DNA of 36,592 nt from a virus (IMGVR_UViG_3300037780_000219:1-36592), one strand, 5' to 3'. Counted from the stretch's first letter, positions 1 through 8,277 are shown. Notes: generated by a model not told the origin, from the letters alone. Made by a program: numbers and translations.

Positions 1-1113
1 ATGGCCGGCGAGGCTCGTGCCCTGGTTAAGTCGGGCACAGATCCGAGGATCTCTCAGCTCCAGGAGCGAGCGGATCGGATCCGGACGATCGCGGCAACAT
101 CCTCGAGAGTGCCGGCGCGATTCAGGCTTGAAAATGTAATTCAGCAATTTCGGGAATATTGGCCGTCGACGGGCAAGGCCGAATCGACTCTCGAACAATA
201 TTGCTCCGCTCTCGATCGGTTTATCCAGGACGCCGGCGGCGGGATCGATATCAGGACGATAACGGCGAAGTCCTGGGAGCGGACAATCCTGCGGATCGCG
301 AATATCGATCGCAAGAAAGGCGCCGCGGCAAATTTGCATAAGGCAGGGCGTCGCCTTTTGAGCTTTGCGGCTCGAGAGGGGATTATTGATCATAATCCAT
401 TGGCCGGGATGGAGGACGTTTTAAAGGCCGTGAGGCTGGATCCGGACGATCGCTTTTTCGAGTCGAAAGAGATCCACAAATTTCTAAACGAGCTCAAGGA
501 TCAGCCTGTCGAGAAGTGGGTTAAGCAGTATCTCGAGCTCATGTTCCGTGCTGGGGGCAGGGTCGAGGAGTGGGCGCGGATCCGGATCTCCTGGATCCGG
601 TTCGACAATATGCGGATAGAGCTGCCGGCCGCGGCCATGAAAAACCGCCGAAAGGCCTGGATCCATTTAACTGAGGCCTCGATAGATATTCTTATTGAGC
701 GTCTCCAGGATCTAAAGTCCGAGAGGGGGGAGCTCCTGGGCGAATGGTATTTGTTCGGAGATCCTCGAGATCCTGGGCGGCAGAATCCGAATGATCTGTC
801 GAGCTATACCAGGAAGCTGCAGACCTGGATCCGGTTCTATCCGAAAATGATTCGGAAAACTATATCGACTCAGCTCCAGCGAAAAGGGTGTCCTCCTGCA
901 GTCTTGCGAGCAATTCGTAATCAGGTAATAACTCACGGCGTTGAGAGTCATTACGACTTCGACGATCTGTTTCACTTGAAAAAAGAGTGGCTCGAGACCT
1001 GGGGGAAATTGCTCGAGGCTGTTAAAGCGGATCCGTCGACCCTGATCCCTGAAAAAGAAAGCCGGCTCAGTGGCCGGCATAAAAAGAAGGTTCGCGCATT
1101 GCTTGGTAATTGA
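1..1113 (+). CDS. int: Tyrosine integrase, P4-like (probably 5'-truncated by the window)
   Basis: Begins with the tail of an arm-binding domain (EARALVKSGTDP); catalytic-domain motifs AGGRVEE, MKNRR, KMIRKT, HYD. Confidence 0.9.
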   Translation: MAGEARALVKSGTDPRISQLQERADRIRTIAATSSRVPARFRLENVIQQFREYWPSTGKAESTLEQYCSALDRFIQDAGGGIDIRTITAKSWERTILRIANIDRKKGAAANLHKAGRRLLSFAAREGIIDHNPLAGMEDVLKAVRLDPDDRFFESKEIHKFLNELKDQPVEKWVKQYLELMFRAGGRVEEWARIRISWIRFDNMRIELPAAAMKNRRKAWIHLTEASIDILIERLQDLKSERGELLGEWYLFGDPRDPGRQNPNDLSSYTRKLQTWIRFYPKMIRKTISTQLQRKGCPPAVLRAIRNQVITHGVESHYDFDDLFHLKKEWLETWGKLLEAVKADPSTLIPEKESRLSGRHKKKVRALLGN

Positions 1114-1205
1114 TAGCAATCGGACTGATCCAGGATCCTCGAGGAGGAGAGATACGATAGCATTCTCCTCCGGATCCGCCGGCGCCGGCGCCGGGATCTG
1201 CTATC
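1112..1205 (+). repeat. Triple-box 44-bp-period element, copy 1
   Basis: GATAGC 1112, GATAGC 1156, GCTATC 1200; spacer 1 carries TCCAGGATCCTCGA. Confidence 0.9.
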
Positions 1206-2037
1206 GTTTATTGAGGTTGATTATTCCTATTAGGGAAGTGTAGTCCAGTGTCTCGAGCTCTTTCTCGAGGAGGGACTTAAATCCGTCTGCAATGTTCTCC
1301 TCGTCGAGCGGCTGGTTTACTCTCGAGAAAATGAGTCCGTCCGAATTGACTCCGCCTCCTCGGCGTATTTTTAGCCGGAGCGTGAATTGCATTTCCTCGA
1401 GATCCTCGTAGGGCTTGCAAGTAAAATAAATTCGATGGGGCAGGGCTCCGGCCTTGCTTTTTGCTTCGACCGATTCAATCGATGATCGTTTTGCTGCAAA
1501 GTCCTCCGAGGTCGACTCCGACTCGACTGAATCTTTAAATGAGATATTGCGGACAGTTGCGATCAGCTTCTTTGCCTCGATCTCCTCTCCGTCCTCGTCG
1601 ATTGCGGTAATATTCTCGCGCCAATCCTCGAGCCAGTGTGCCGCGTCAAGCTGGCTTAATAGTCTGTCCTGGTTCTGCAGGAGCGCGGTATAGGCGACCG
1701 TTTTCTGTAGCTCGAGCTGGGCGAAGTGGTCTCCGTGCCCTGGCTTTTCAGTGGTCCCGATGTCGAGATAACACTCCGCGCAAACCTGATCAGAGTTAAT
1801 AAAAACGAGTAGCCGGCTGTCGCCGCTATGGAGGGTCAGATACTCGCGGAACGATGAAACGAGAGGTGTCACAAAAGAGCCGCGGAATCGATTTCTAAAT
1901 GCCTGATGTTTTTCCAGGGCATGTATTGAGAAATTATCCGGGATCACTGCGACCGGGTTTTCGGTTGATAATAGATCTGCGTTCAGATCTTTTAAATTCA
2001 CAGCTTGGCTAATTGCCTCGATTGCTGATTTATCCAT
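1201..2037 (-). CDS. DUF2303 (YfdQ-like) phage protein
   Basis: 278 aa; motifs RFRGSF, PGHGDH, LSQ..AAHWLEDW, FTCKPYE typical of the family; prophage early region. Confidence 0.85.
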   Translation of the reverse strand: MDKSAIEAISQAVNLKDLNADLLSTENPVAVIPDNFSIHALEKHQAFRNRFRGSFVTPLVSSFREYLTLHSGDSRLLVFINSDQVCAECYLDIGTTEKPGHGDHFAQLELQKTVAYTALLQNQDRLLSQLDAAHWLEDWRENITAIDEDGEEIEAKKLIATVRNISFKDSVESESTSEDFAAKRSSIESVEAKSKAGALPHRIYFTCKPYEDLEEMQFTLRLKIRRGGGVNSDGLIFSRVNQPLDEENIADGFKSLLEKELETLDYTSLIGIINLNKR

Positions 2038-2039
2038 TG

Positions 2040-2402
2040 TTAAGAGTTCTCCTCTTGCTGTTGATCAAAGAGGGGGCCTTTTTCCGACTCGTCGCCGGTC
2101 GTGTGCAAAGAGCCTTCCGGAAAAAGAGTTAGTTTCCCCCCGCGGTTAACATAGAGCGGCGTTGATGTTTGGTCCTCCTCCTGGACTTTGCCGCGCTTGG
2201 TGGGCCTCTGATAGGCAAGCTTGTGAGTCATTGATACTTGACTCGAGTTGTCGATCTGTTTCATTTCCAGATTAATTGTCACCTTTCCTGCAGCTCCGTG
2301 AGCGAGCACATTCTCGGCGACTTCGCTCAGAGTGGCGGAGAGCTTCTCGATAAAGATCCCTCCGTCCAGGTCCTCGAGCAATTGGGCTACATCTGTTTTC
2401 AT
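2040..2402 (-). CDS. YfdP-like phage protein, usual partner of DUF2303
   Basis: LEDLDGGIF...GKVTI...TPLYVNRGGKLTLFPE; adjacent to DUF2303. Confidence 0.75.
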   Translation of the reverse strand: MKTDVAQLLEDLDGGIFIEKLSATLSEVAENVLAHGAAGKVTINLEMKQIDNSSQVSMTHKLAYQRPTKRGKVQEEDQTSTPLYVNRGGKLTLFPEGSLHTTGDESEKGPLFDQQQEENS

Positions 2403-2414
2403 GGGTAAATCCTC

Positions 2415-2732
2415 CTAGTGTTTGAGGAGCTTAGCGGCTTCCTCGATTTGATTGTCGATCTGACTGTTGAGCGCGTCTCTTTCCTGGACATCCGAAATCA
2501 GTGTCCGAAATCGGTGCTCGAGTTGGGCGAGCTCCCGGCGGAGTTGGTTCCTCTCATTAACGAGATCGATATAGTTTTCGCCGGCGTGAATTAGTGCACT
2601 TGTGGCGGTTTTCTTGTCCGTGAAAATAATAAGCCGATCGATCATCTCTGATTGTTCGGCGTCCGCTCGGACGGTAAGTGTTTTTTTCTTGGCGACTTTG
2701 GCCGCGCTTTTTCGCGGATTCCTGGTTCCCAT
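2415..2732 (-). CDS. Hypothetical protein, possible ribbon-helix-helix-like N-terminus plus coiled coil
   Basis: 105 aa ORF in the leftward operon; LTVR..AEQSEMIDRL then a heptad-rich tail. Confidence 0.6.
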   Translation of the reverse strand: MGTRNPRKSAAKVAKKKTLTVRADAEQSEMIDRLIIFTDKKTATSALIHAGENYIDLVNERNQLRRELAQLEHRFRTLISDVQERDALNSQIDNQIEEAAKLLKH

Positions 2733-2758
2733 AATTTGCCCCTTGTTATGGTTTTGAG

Positions 2759-2992
2759 TTAGCCGGTCAGTGGCCGGCCGATATTTTTTTCGGATCGGAT
2801 TTTGTTGATTTTTTGAGCGAGATCGTCGGGATCCGAATCGGTCCGGACCGATTGTCCGCCTCTCAGATGGACGTAACAGCCTGTAACGGTCCGGCCGCGA
2901 GTGATCGGGACAATTCCGTCGACTCCCTCTGGATCGATATAGCAGTCGGAGCTCATTAAGTCAGTGTTCGATACTTTGATTAATTTGCTCAC
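2759..2992 (-). CDS. Hypothetical phage protein
   Basis: 77 aa; GTGA overlap with the upstream gene. Confidence 0.6.
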   Translation of the reverse strand: MSKLIKVSNTDLMSSDCYIDPEGVDGIVPITRGRTVTGCYVHLRGGQSVRTDSDPDDLAQKINKIRSEKNIGRPLTG

Positions 2993-3276
2993 GATAAAAA
3001 GGCCTCGATGCAGACATCCAGGTCGAGCGCCGAATCGTTGTCGCCGGCTTTGTTTTTATAGAGTAGCCAGTCCAGATACTCTCGATAATTTCGGTCCGAC
3101 TCTTTCTTTTCGGCGGCTCGAATATCTCTTTCAAGATTTGAGAAAGCGAGCTCGCCCTCTTGCTCGAGGATCTCTTTCTTAAGATCTGGCTCGCTCAAAG
3201 CTTCTTCAAACTGGAATTTTTTCTCGTCTTTCAGGAAATAATTAAATTTCCCTCGAAAGCAAATCAGCGTCCGCAT
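2989..3276 (-). CDS. Hypothetical phage protein
   Basis: 95 aa; tightly packed in the leftward operon. Confidence 0.6.
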   Translation of the reverse strand: MRTLICFRGKFNYFLKDEKKFQFEEALSEPDLKKEILEQEGELAFSNLERDIRAAEKKESDRNYREYLDWLLYKNKAGDNDSALDLDVCIEAFLS

Positions 3277-3279
3277 GGA

Positions 3280-3492
3280 TTAATGTCTCTTTTTCTGGGT
3301 TGGATAATTGTCGTTTGAGCTGGCTGTTATTCTCAGGTCGCACGATCGGCATTCTGATTGCCCGACAGAGTGGCCGGCTTCGATGTCTGAGACGATGGCG
3401 TTTATCCTGGTTCTATTCAGGCAGGAAGGGCAAAACCGAATCAATCCCCGGACCTTTATCGCTGGTTTAAATGGGGCGGAAGGGGAGCTCAA
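3280..3492 (-). CDS. Small Zn-binding hypothetical protein
   Basis: CPSC...CRSC pair; 4-nt overlap with the upstream gene. Confidence 0.55.
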   Translation of the reverse strand: MSSPSAPFKPAIKVRGLIRFCPSCLNRTRINAIVSDIEAGHSVGQSECRSCDLRITASSNDNYPTQKKRH

Positions 3493-3779
3493 GCGAGGCC
3501 CTCCTCTCGGAGCACTTCTCGCAACAGCTCCTTAAATTCCGCTCTCAGCTCGGAGGGGAGGTCCTCTCGTTTCCCCTGTTTTGCGTTCAGGTATTCATCG
3601 ACGTCGGCCTTTCTGAATTGTATTCGTCCGCCTCGCTTGCCTCGGCCGGCGCCGGACGGTTTCGACCTGGGGAGAGGTTGAGGGACCTGTTTTCTTTCGA
3701 CCTTTTTGAGCAGGGTCGGGACAGTAATTCCGAGCCTGTCGGCAAACTGGCTCGCGGAGATTAATTCGGAATCGGCCAT
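3489..3779 (-). CDS. AlpA/excisionase-like HTH DNA-binding protein
   Basis: LISASQFADRLGITVPTL...VPQP...IQFRKADVDEYL. Confidence 0.75.
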   Translation of the reverse strand: MADSELISASQFADRLGITVPTLLKKVERKQVPQPLPRSKPSGAGRGKRGGRIQFRKADVDEYLNAKQGKREDLPSELRAEFKELLREVLREEGLA

Positions 3780-3867
3780 AGTCAGAATATAAAAATCAAC
3801 ATGAATAAAACGGCAAGGATCTGGATATCGATAAATGCTCCGGCGTTTTCTGCCTGGGCCTCGACGT

Positions 3868-4146
3868 CTAGTTGAGGGCTCTTTCGCATGGATTGGCCTC
3901 CGTTTGCGAATCTGCTAGGTAAGCCTTGAACACAAGCTCGGCGGTGTTCCTGGCTCGAAATCTTGAAAGCAGGGAGTCGCGATAGTGCTTAATTGTTGAG
4001 GGGGAGAGAGGTTCGCCATTCTCTTTTTTGAGCCCCTTAGCGATCTCTTTCGAGGTCATTCCCTGGGATAGCATCTCCAGGACCTCGCGTAAGCGATCCG
4101 ACAGCTCGTCGAGCGTAGGATCTGCAGTTGTCCGATTCTTCGACAT
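3868..4146 (-). CDS. Stand-alone LuxR/GerE-type HTH protein
   Basis: LSDRLREVLEMLSQGMTSKEIAKGL...LSPSTIKHYRDSLLSRFRARNTAELV. Confidence 0.85.
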   Translation of the reverse strand: MSKNRTTADPTLDELSDRLREVLEMLSQGMTSKEIAKGLKKENGEPLSPSTIKHYRDSLLSRFRARNTAELVFKAYLADSQTEANPCERALN

Positions 4147-4162
4147 GATTTAGCCCCTATTA

Positions 4163-4177
4163 ACAAATCGAATTTGT
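4163..4177. promoter_or_regulatory. Candidate left operator (OL-like)
   Basis: Palindrome ACAAAT-CGA-ATTTGT in the AT-rich region upstream of the leftward operon; near-identical to 5125-5139. Confidence 0.6.
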
Positions 4178-4277
4178 GATTTTAGAGGGAAAAACAAAAA
4201 TAAATCAATTTAATTTTGTTTAATGTCGGGCAGGGCGTGTGATTTCTGGAGGGAAAAGAGCGAAAAAATTTGAGCCA

Positions 4278-4371
4278 GATAGCAAAACCGGGCAAGGCCT
4301 GGTGCTCCTGGGCGAGAGATTGCTATCAGTTTTGGCCTGGTGGCCAGCAGCTCGGCGGGAAATCTGCTATC
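4278..4371 (-). repeat. Triple-box 44-bp-period element, copy 2 (inverted)
   Basis: GATAGC 4278, GCTATC 4322, GCTATC 4366; on the minus strand spacer 2 has GCACCAGG at the same offset as copies 4 and 6. Confidence 0.9.
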
Positions 4372-4378
4372 GGGTGGG

Positions 4379-5074
4379 TTAGCGGCCGCGCATTAGACGG
4401 ATCACGGCGTCCTCGACTTTGCCGATTATCTCGACGCCGGGATCGTTCGCGTCGACTTTGGGGTAATTGGGGTTATAGGCGACGGCAGATCTCTCCGGTC
4501 CTTGCTTAATGAATTGGCGGCAGAGGACCTCTCCCCATTTCGGGAGGTGGATTATTCCGAGATCGTTATTTCCCGGCTCGGCCTCTGGATTGACGAGGAC
4601 AATTGTTCCAGGGCGGAAGGTGTCTCCGGTGCCGGCGTTCATTGAATCGTCTGTTATTTCCAGCCAATAGGCGCCGACTTGGAGGTCCGTCGGATACCAG
4701 TAGATCGGCTCGATGTCGCTGTAATCGCCCTCAAAAGTGAGGGCCTCTCCTGGGTGCAGGACAGGCAAAAAGCGGGCTCGGATCCCGTGTCGAAAAGTGG
4801 GGCCGGCGTCCGCGATATCGTTTCGATACGGGGCTCCAACTCCAGATAGTAGCCATCCGATATTTGCGTCGAATAGGTCGCAAAGCTTCTCGATATGCTT
4901 CATCTCCGGATAATTCAGGCCCTCTACCCATCGGCGACAGGTCTCGGATCTGGTCCCGGTATGCTTTGCGAGGTCGACATTCCGTCCGCGGTTTTTCTCG
5001 CGAATAAGAGGGCTCTCGTCACACAAGCGATTGAGTCTTTCGGCAAATGCTGCCTTTGTTTCGTTTTTATTCAT
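4379..5074 (-). CDS. cI: CI-like repressor (HTH + S24 peptidase-like domain)
   Basis: Likely start MNKNETKAAFAERL at 5074; HTH (DLAKHTGTRSETCRRWVEG); DDSM...VLVNPE...YNPNYP...IIGKV. Confidence 0.9.
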   Translation of the reverse strand: MNKNETKAAFAERLNRLCDESPLIREKNRGRNVDLAKHTGTRSETCRRWVEGLNYPEMKHIEKLCDLFDANIGWLLSGVGAPYRNDIADAGPTFRHGIRARFLPVLHPGEALTFEGDYSDIEPIYWYPTDLQVGAYWLEITDDSMNAGTGDTFRPGTIVLVNPEAEPGNNDLGIIHLPKWGEVLCRQFIKQGPERSAVAYNPNYPKVDANDPGVEIIGKVEDAVIRLMRGR

Positions 5075-5124
5075 TAAAAGCGATTTTACTTTAGTTTTTC
5101 CTGTGTGTTCCGATCTTGTAAATA

Positions 5125-5139
5125 GCAAATCAAATTTGT
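5125..5139. promoter_or_regulatory. Candidate right operator (OR-like)
   Basis: GCAAAT-CAA-ATTTGT within a longer inverted repeat (5121-5143), between divergent cI and the rightward operon. Confidence 0.6.
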
Positions 5140-5158
5140 TATTTTCGTTCGCTACTCG

Positions 5159-5515
5159 ATGCCAATTATCCGACGGGCAGCGAATCCAAGATACCGCCTC
5201 GGCAGGGGTGGGCAAATTACCGGGGCAATTATGGGGCAAGCTACCGAAAATCACTCTATCGTCCTCTCTGATCCAGGGGCGGCGCTCGACTCTACTCCAG
5301 ACCGTTTGTATTGGCTCTTGTACGATCACCAGCTCGCATATAAGCGAAATCGCTTTTATTACTGCTGGGAGTCCGCTCGGATTTATAACCAGTACAAGGG
5401 CCTCGGCAAGGATATGCTCGCCGAATATTACCGGACGCTTGCGCAAGTCCGCTCTGATCTGGCCTCCGGCCGCAAGCCTGGGGAGTCGTTTAACCAGGGC
5501 TCGAGGTATCGATAA
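5159..5515 (+). CDS. Hypothetical protein in the cro/cII position (start may be ATG 5231)
   Basis: First rightward ORF; its TAA overlaps the replication gene ATG; no HTH recognised. Confidence 0.55.
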   Translation: MPIIRRAANPRYRLGRGGQITGAIMGQATENHSIVLSDPGAALDSTPDRLYWLLYDHQLAYKRNRFYYCWESARIYNQYKGLGKDMLAEYYRTLAQVRSDLASGRKPGESFNQGSRYR

Positions 5516-6468
5516 TGAGTCTGAAGGCGACGACCTGGGCTCTAAACGATGTCCATTGCGAGCCCGTGTATAAGGCGATCCTATTTGCGATCGGCGATAA
5601 CGCGGACGACGACGGTTTCGGATTTCCCTCAATTCCAACAATTCGCCGCAAATCAGGTTGCGGATCTGAGAAAACGGTTCAGCGCCGGATTCAGGACCTA
5701 GAGCTTTTCGGCGTGATCATCGTGTCGCGGCGACGGGCAGGGCGGCATAAGACTCAGAATTTCTATCGACTTCGGGTCGACGTGATATTCGACCTCTCCG
5801 AGCGCCGCCATTATTGCGAGATTCAATGGGGACAAAATGTCCCCATCAATCAAATCGGCCTCGAGGAGCTTAATTCCGCCATTAGAGACAAAATGTCCCT
5901 ATCGATTCGGGTCGATAGGGACAAAGCTGTGTCTCCATCGATAGGGACAAAGCTGTGTCCCCCTAACCGTAATAAAACCATAGATAGTAAAAATACAGAT
6001 AAGAATAAATTATCTATTGCAAATGATGATCCGGGCAGGGCGATCGAGATATCAATCTCCTGGAGACCGTCGGCCAATTGTTTGAGCCTGCTGGAGTCGG
6101 CGGAGGGGATCGGCCCCGATGATGCGCTCGAGGATCTACCGACGTTTGTTCTCTACTGGATGGCGAGGCGGGACAACAGGAAACCGCAATCTCAATTCGA
6201 CGCGCTTTTCTACAAGCACGCAAAAATCAATTACCGACGCCGGCAATCCGAGCCGGCTCCTATTCCTGGAAACTGGGCTCCGACCTCCGAGTCTGTCTCT
6301 CTGCTGATTGCTGAGGGAGTTCCCGCCAAATATATCAACAGCCTTGCGAAACAGTTTCTCATCTACTGGCGAGACCGAGGATCCGCTCGAGTCGCTTGGT
6401 CCTCGATTTTCGTTTCTTACTGTCTCGATCAATATCAATCCGAAATCTCCGCGGAGGCTACGGCATGA
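5515..6468 (+). CDS. Replication initiator (N-terminal HTH_36-like, two C-terminal DnaT-like repeats)
   Basis: KAILFAIGDNADDDGFGFPSIPTI...TVQRRIQDLE; two W.P...F..YW...F repeats; internal iterons. Confidence 0.85.
   Translation: MSLKATTWALNDVHCEPVYKAILFAIGDNADDDGFGFPSIPTIRRKSGCGSEKTVQRRIQDLELFGVIIVSRRRAGRHKTQNFYRLRVDVIFDLSERRHYCEIQWGQNVPINQIGLEELNSAIRDKMSLSIRVDRDKAVSPSIGTKLCPPNRNKTIDSKNTDKNKLSIANDDPGRAIEISISWRPSANCLSLLESAEGIGPDDALEDLPTFVLYWMARRDNRKPQSQFDALFYKHAKINYRRRQSEPAPIPGNWAPTSESVSLLIAEGVPAKYINSLAKQFLIYWRDRGSARVAWSSIFVSYCLDQYQSEISAEATA
5826..6020. other. Probable phage replication origin: four GACAAA-core iterons plus AT-rich tract
   Basis: ATGGGGACA-AAA-TGTCCCCAT (5826-5846), TAGAGACAAAATGTCCCTA (5883-5901), CGATAGGGACAAAGCTGTGTC twice (5913, 5939), then AT-rich DNA; lambda-like placement inside the initiator gene. 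Confidence 0.8.
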
Positions 6469-6758
6469 AAACTATCGACGTGAAAATCTTGAATCGCGCT
6501 CTCGTCTCTCCGGGCCGTCTGTCCAGGTCGGACAATGACTTTATCCAGGGAATCGATGCAAAGCGTTCGCTAAACCCGTTCGTCCGATTGAATTTTTACG
6601 AGCGACAGAGACTGAATCGGATCGGTCGAGTTTTTGATATTTATCCGGAGAGCGAGAGGGGAGACTCTTTGCCGATTGCCTCGGCAGGGCTTCCCGACGA
6701 TCTCCAAAACCGCGAGCGCGAGCTCGCTCAATCACTTAGCAAAAGGGGCAAACAATGA
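6465..6758 (+). CDS. Hypothetical phage protein
   Basis: Start MKTIDVK at an ATGA overlap with the initiator stop, GGAGG upstream. Confidence 0.65.
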   Translation: MKTIDVKILNRALVSPGRLSRSDNDFIQGIDAKRSLNPFVRLNFYERQRLNRIGRVFDIYPESERGDSLPIASAGLPDDLQNRERELAQSLSKRGKQ

Positions 6759-7018
6759 TTACTGACAGAATCAGAAAAGCGGCAGAGGCTAACAGCTCGG
6801 CGCCATTGGCGGAGGCCGGTACTCCTCCGACTGAAATTAAGCGGGAGCAATCTGCAAGGGTGGCGGCAGACGTCGAGGCCTATCTCAAGAGCGGGGGTCA
6901 GATCCATCGACTACCGGGTCCAGGGGAAACAGATGCCCGACCGAATGAAATGGTTTCGCTTTGGGCGGACTATGAGACAAACAAGCGGCGAGCTGCCGAG
7001 TCGGGGGTTTCGATATGA
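6755..7018 (+). CDS. Small protein with SutA-like (RNAP-binding) motif
   Basis: ADVEAYLKSGGQIHRLP resembles the SutA core motif (EEFL.RGGKVQEI); recalled similarity only. Confidence 0.55.
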   Translation: MITDRIRKAAEANSSAPLAEAGTPPTEIKREQSARVAADVEAYLKSGGQIHRLPGPGETDARPNEMVSLWADYETNKRRAAESGVSI

Positions 7019-7278
7019 GTAACGGCCGAGTTGAGTCTCCCCAATTGAAAGCGAAAGAAACTGTCGAGATCGAGTACAGTGCCGACGATGTGCTGCGGAT
7101 CCTCGAGATGTATTCCGCGGGCTTATATGGCCGATCCGGTTACACGAAATTCTATCTCGAAAAGCCTTTCGACAAGTTTGTCTCGAGCGCGGGTCAGGAG
7201 AGTTACTCGCTCAAGCTGCGTTCGACAAAATCAATTAATCCGCCGGCTCAGGTTGTGAAACTGGAGGCGGCTAAATGA
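7015..7278 (+). CDS. Hypothetical phage protein
   Basis: 87 aa; ATGA overlaps at both ends. Confidence 0.65.
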   Translation: MSNGRVESPQLKAKETVEIEYSADDVLRILEMYSAGLYGRSGYTKFYLEKPFDKFVSSAGQESYSLKLRSTKSINPPAQVVKLEAAK

Positions 7279-7625
7279 GACAGCTCGACTTGTCGGCCTT
7301 CCATAACTGGCGCCGTAAAAATCCGGATTTGAAGGCAGGGCCGTTAACGGTCTCGCCGGATTCCAGGAGGATTGGCCGTTTCAAAATCCCTCACCGATTT
7401 GTCCGGACAAAAGATTTTCAGCAACTCCTAGCAAAAATGGCTTTCGTTCCGGTTCGGGTCGAATCTCTTTTCGCTGAGGAGGCGATCGAATATGTCGGGT
7501 TCTCTCCGATTTTTCGAGAGCTTGAGCAGTCCGAATTAACGCCGGCTTACATCTTGCTAATCAAGCCGTCGGACGACGGTGAGATCCTGGAGGTCCTGGC
7601 TAGCGAGGAGTCGAATCCGTTTTGA
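7275..7625 (+). CDS. Hypothetical phage protein
   Basis: 116 aa; GGAGG RBS; ATGA overlap. Confidence 0.7.
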   Translation: MRQLDLSAFHNWRRKNPDLKAGPLTVSPDSRRIGRFKIPHRFVRTKDFQQLLAKMAFVPVRVESLFAEEAIEYVGFSPIFRELEQSELTPAYILLIKPSDDGEILEVLASEESNPF

Positions 7626-7795
7626 CTCAGGAGGAAATTGAGATCATTAAGAAGGCGCTCGACGAGGAGGAAATTCTTACCGAGTTCGAGTCGCAATTTA
7701 TCAACAGCCTTGCCGAGAAGCCGGAGGACTACCGGCTCTCAGTGAGGCAGATCGAGATCCTTAGCAAGATCGATCGAAAAGTATTTGATTGGTGA
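7622..7795 (+). CDS. Small hypothetical protein (57 aa) missing from the ORF track
   Basis: TTGA overlap, GAGGAG upstream; MTQEEIEIIKKALDEEEILTEFESQFINSLAEKPEDYRLSVRQIEILSKIDRKVFDW fills the gap in the operon. Confidence 0.7.
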   Translation: MTQEEIEIIKKALDEEEILTEFESQFINSLAEKPEDYRLSVRQIEILSKIDRKVFDW

Positions 7796-7799
7796 ATTT

Positions 7800-7979
7800 A
7801 TGGCGTCAACAGAGAGAGTCCAGGTAACTGCCGAGCTGGTTCAGTCTATCCAGGAGAGGGAGGTATTGTGCACCAGTACGGCGGCTCAGTATGGGATATC
7901 GCCGGAGCGTGCTCTCCGGTGCAGGGGTGGGGATATCGGGTGTTTCGACTGTCCCTTTCGGTTTGATCGAAAAACGTAG
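7800..7979 (+). CDS. Small Cys-containing hypothetical protein
   Basis: ATG 4 nt after the previous stop; C...C..C motif. Confidence 0.45.
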   Translation: MASTERVQVTAELVQSIQEREVLCTSTAAQYGISPERALRCRGGDIGCFDCPFRFDRKT

Positions 7980-8277
7980 GCCTTATCGAAATCCGCGTCT
8001 CCTGGCTTTTGTAAAAAAATTGCCTTGTATGAGGTGCGGCAGGCAGGGCGAGACGGATCCGGCTCATTACTCGGGGCCGAGATCTCATAGCCTCGGCAAG
8101 GGCAGGGGGCAAAAAGCCGACGACGATTGCGTCGCGGCATTATGTCGAGAGTGTCACGAGATCCTCGACAGCTATGAAAACGGCTCGGATCGCTGGCTCA
8201 GATCTGAGGAGTTTTTGTTCTATGTGGTTAGGACGATGAACGTCCTCCATCGGATAGGGTTTAAATTTAAGGGGTAA
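7891..8277 (+). CDS. DUF968/DUF1364-like Zn-binding putative HNH-type nuclease (true start probably ~7963)
   Basis: YRNPRLLAFVKKLPCMRCG...AH...GRGQKADD...LCRECH. Confidence 0.75.
   Translation: MGYRRSVLSGAGVGISGVSTVPFGLIEKRRPYRNPRLLAFVKKLPCMRCGRQGETDPAHYSGPRSHSLGKGRGQKADDDCVAALCRECHEILDSYENGSDRWLRSEEFLFYVVRTMNVLHRIGFKFKG

Noticed and set aside
1112-1205. CRISPR mini-array reading of the triple-box elements
   Set aside because: Repeats are only 6-12 bp, switch orientation, spacers share internal motifs, and no cas genes are present
5075-5641. 189-aa N-terminal extension of the cI ORF in the track (4379..5641)
   Set aside because: It overlaps the divergent operon and operator region antisense; the HTH begins at MNKNETK (5074)
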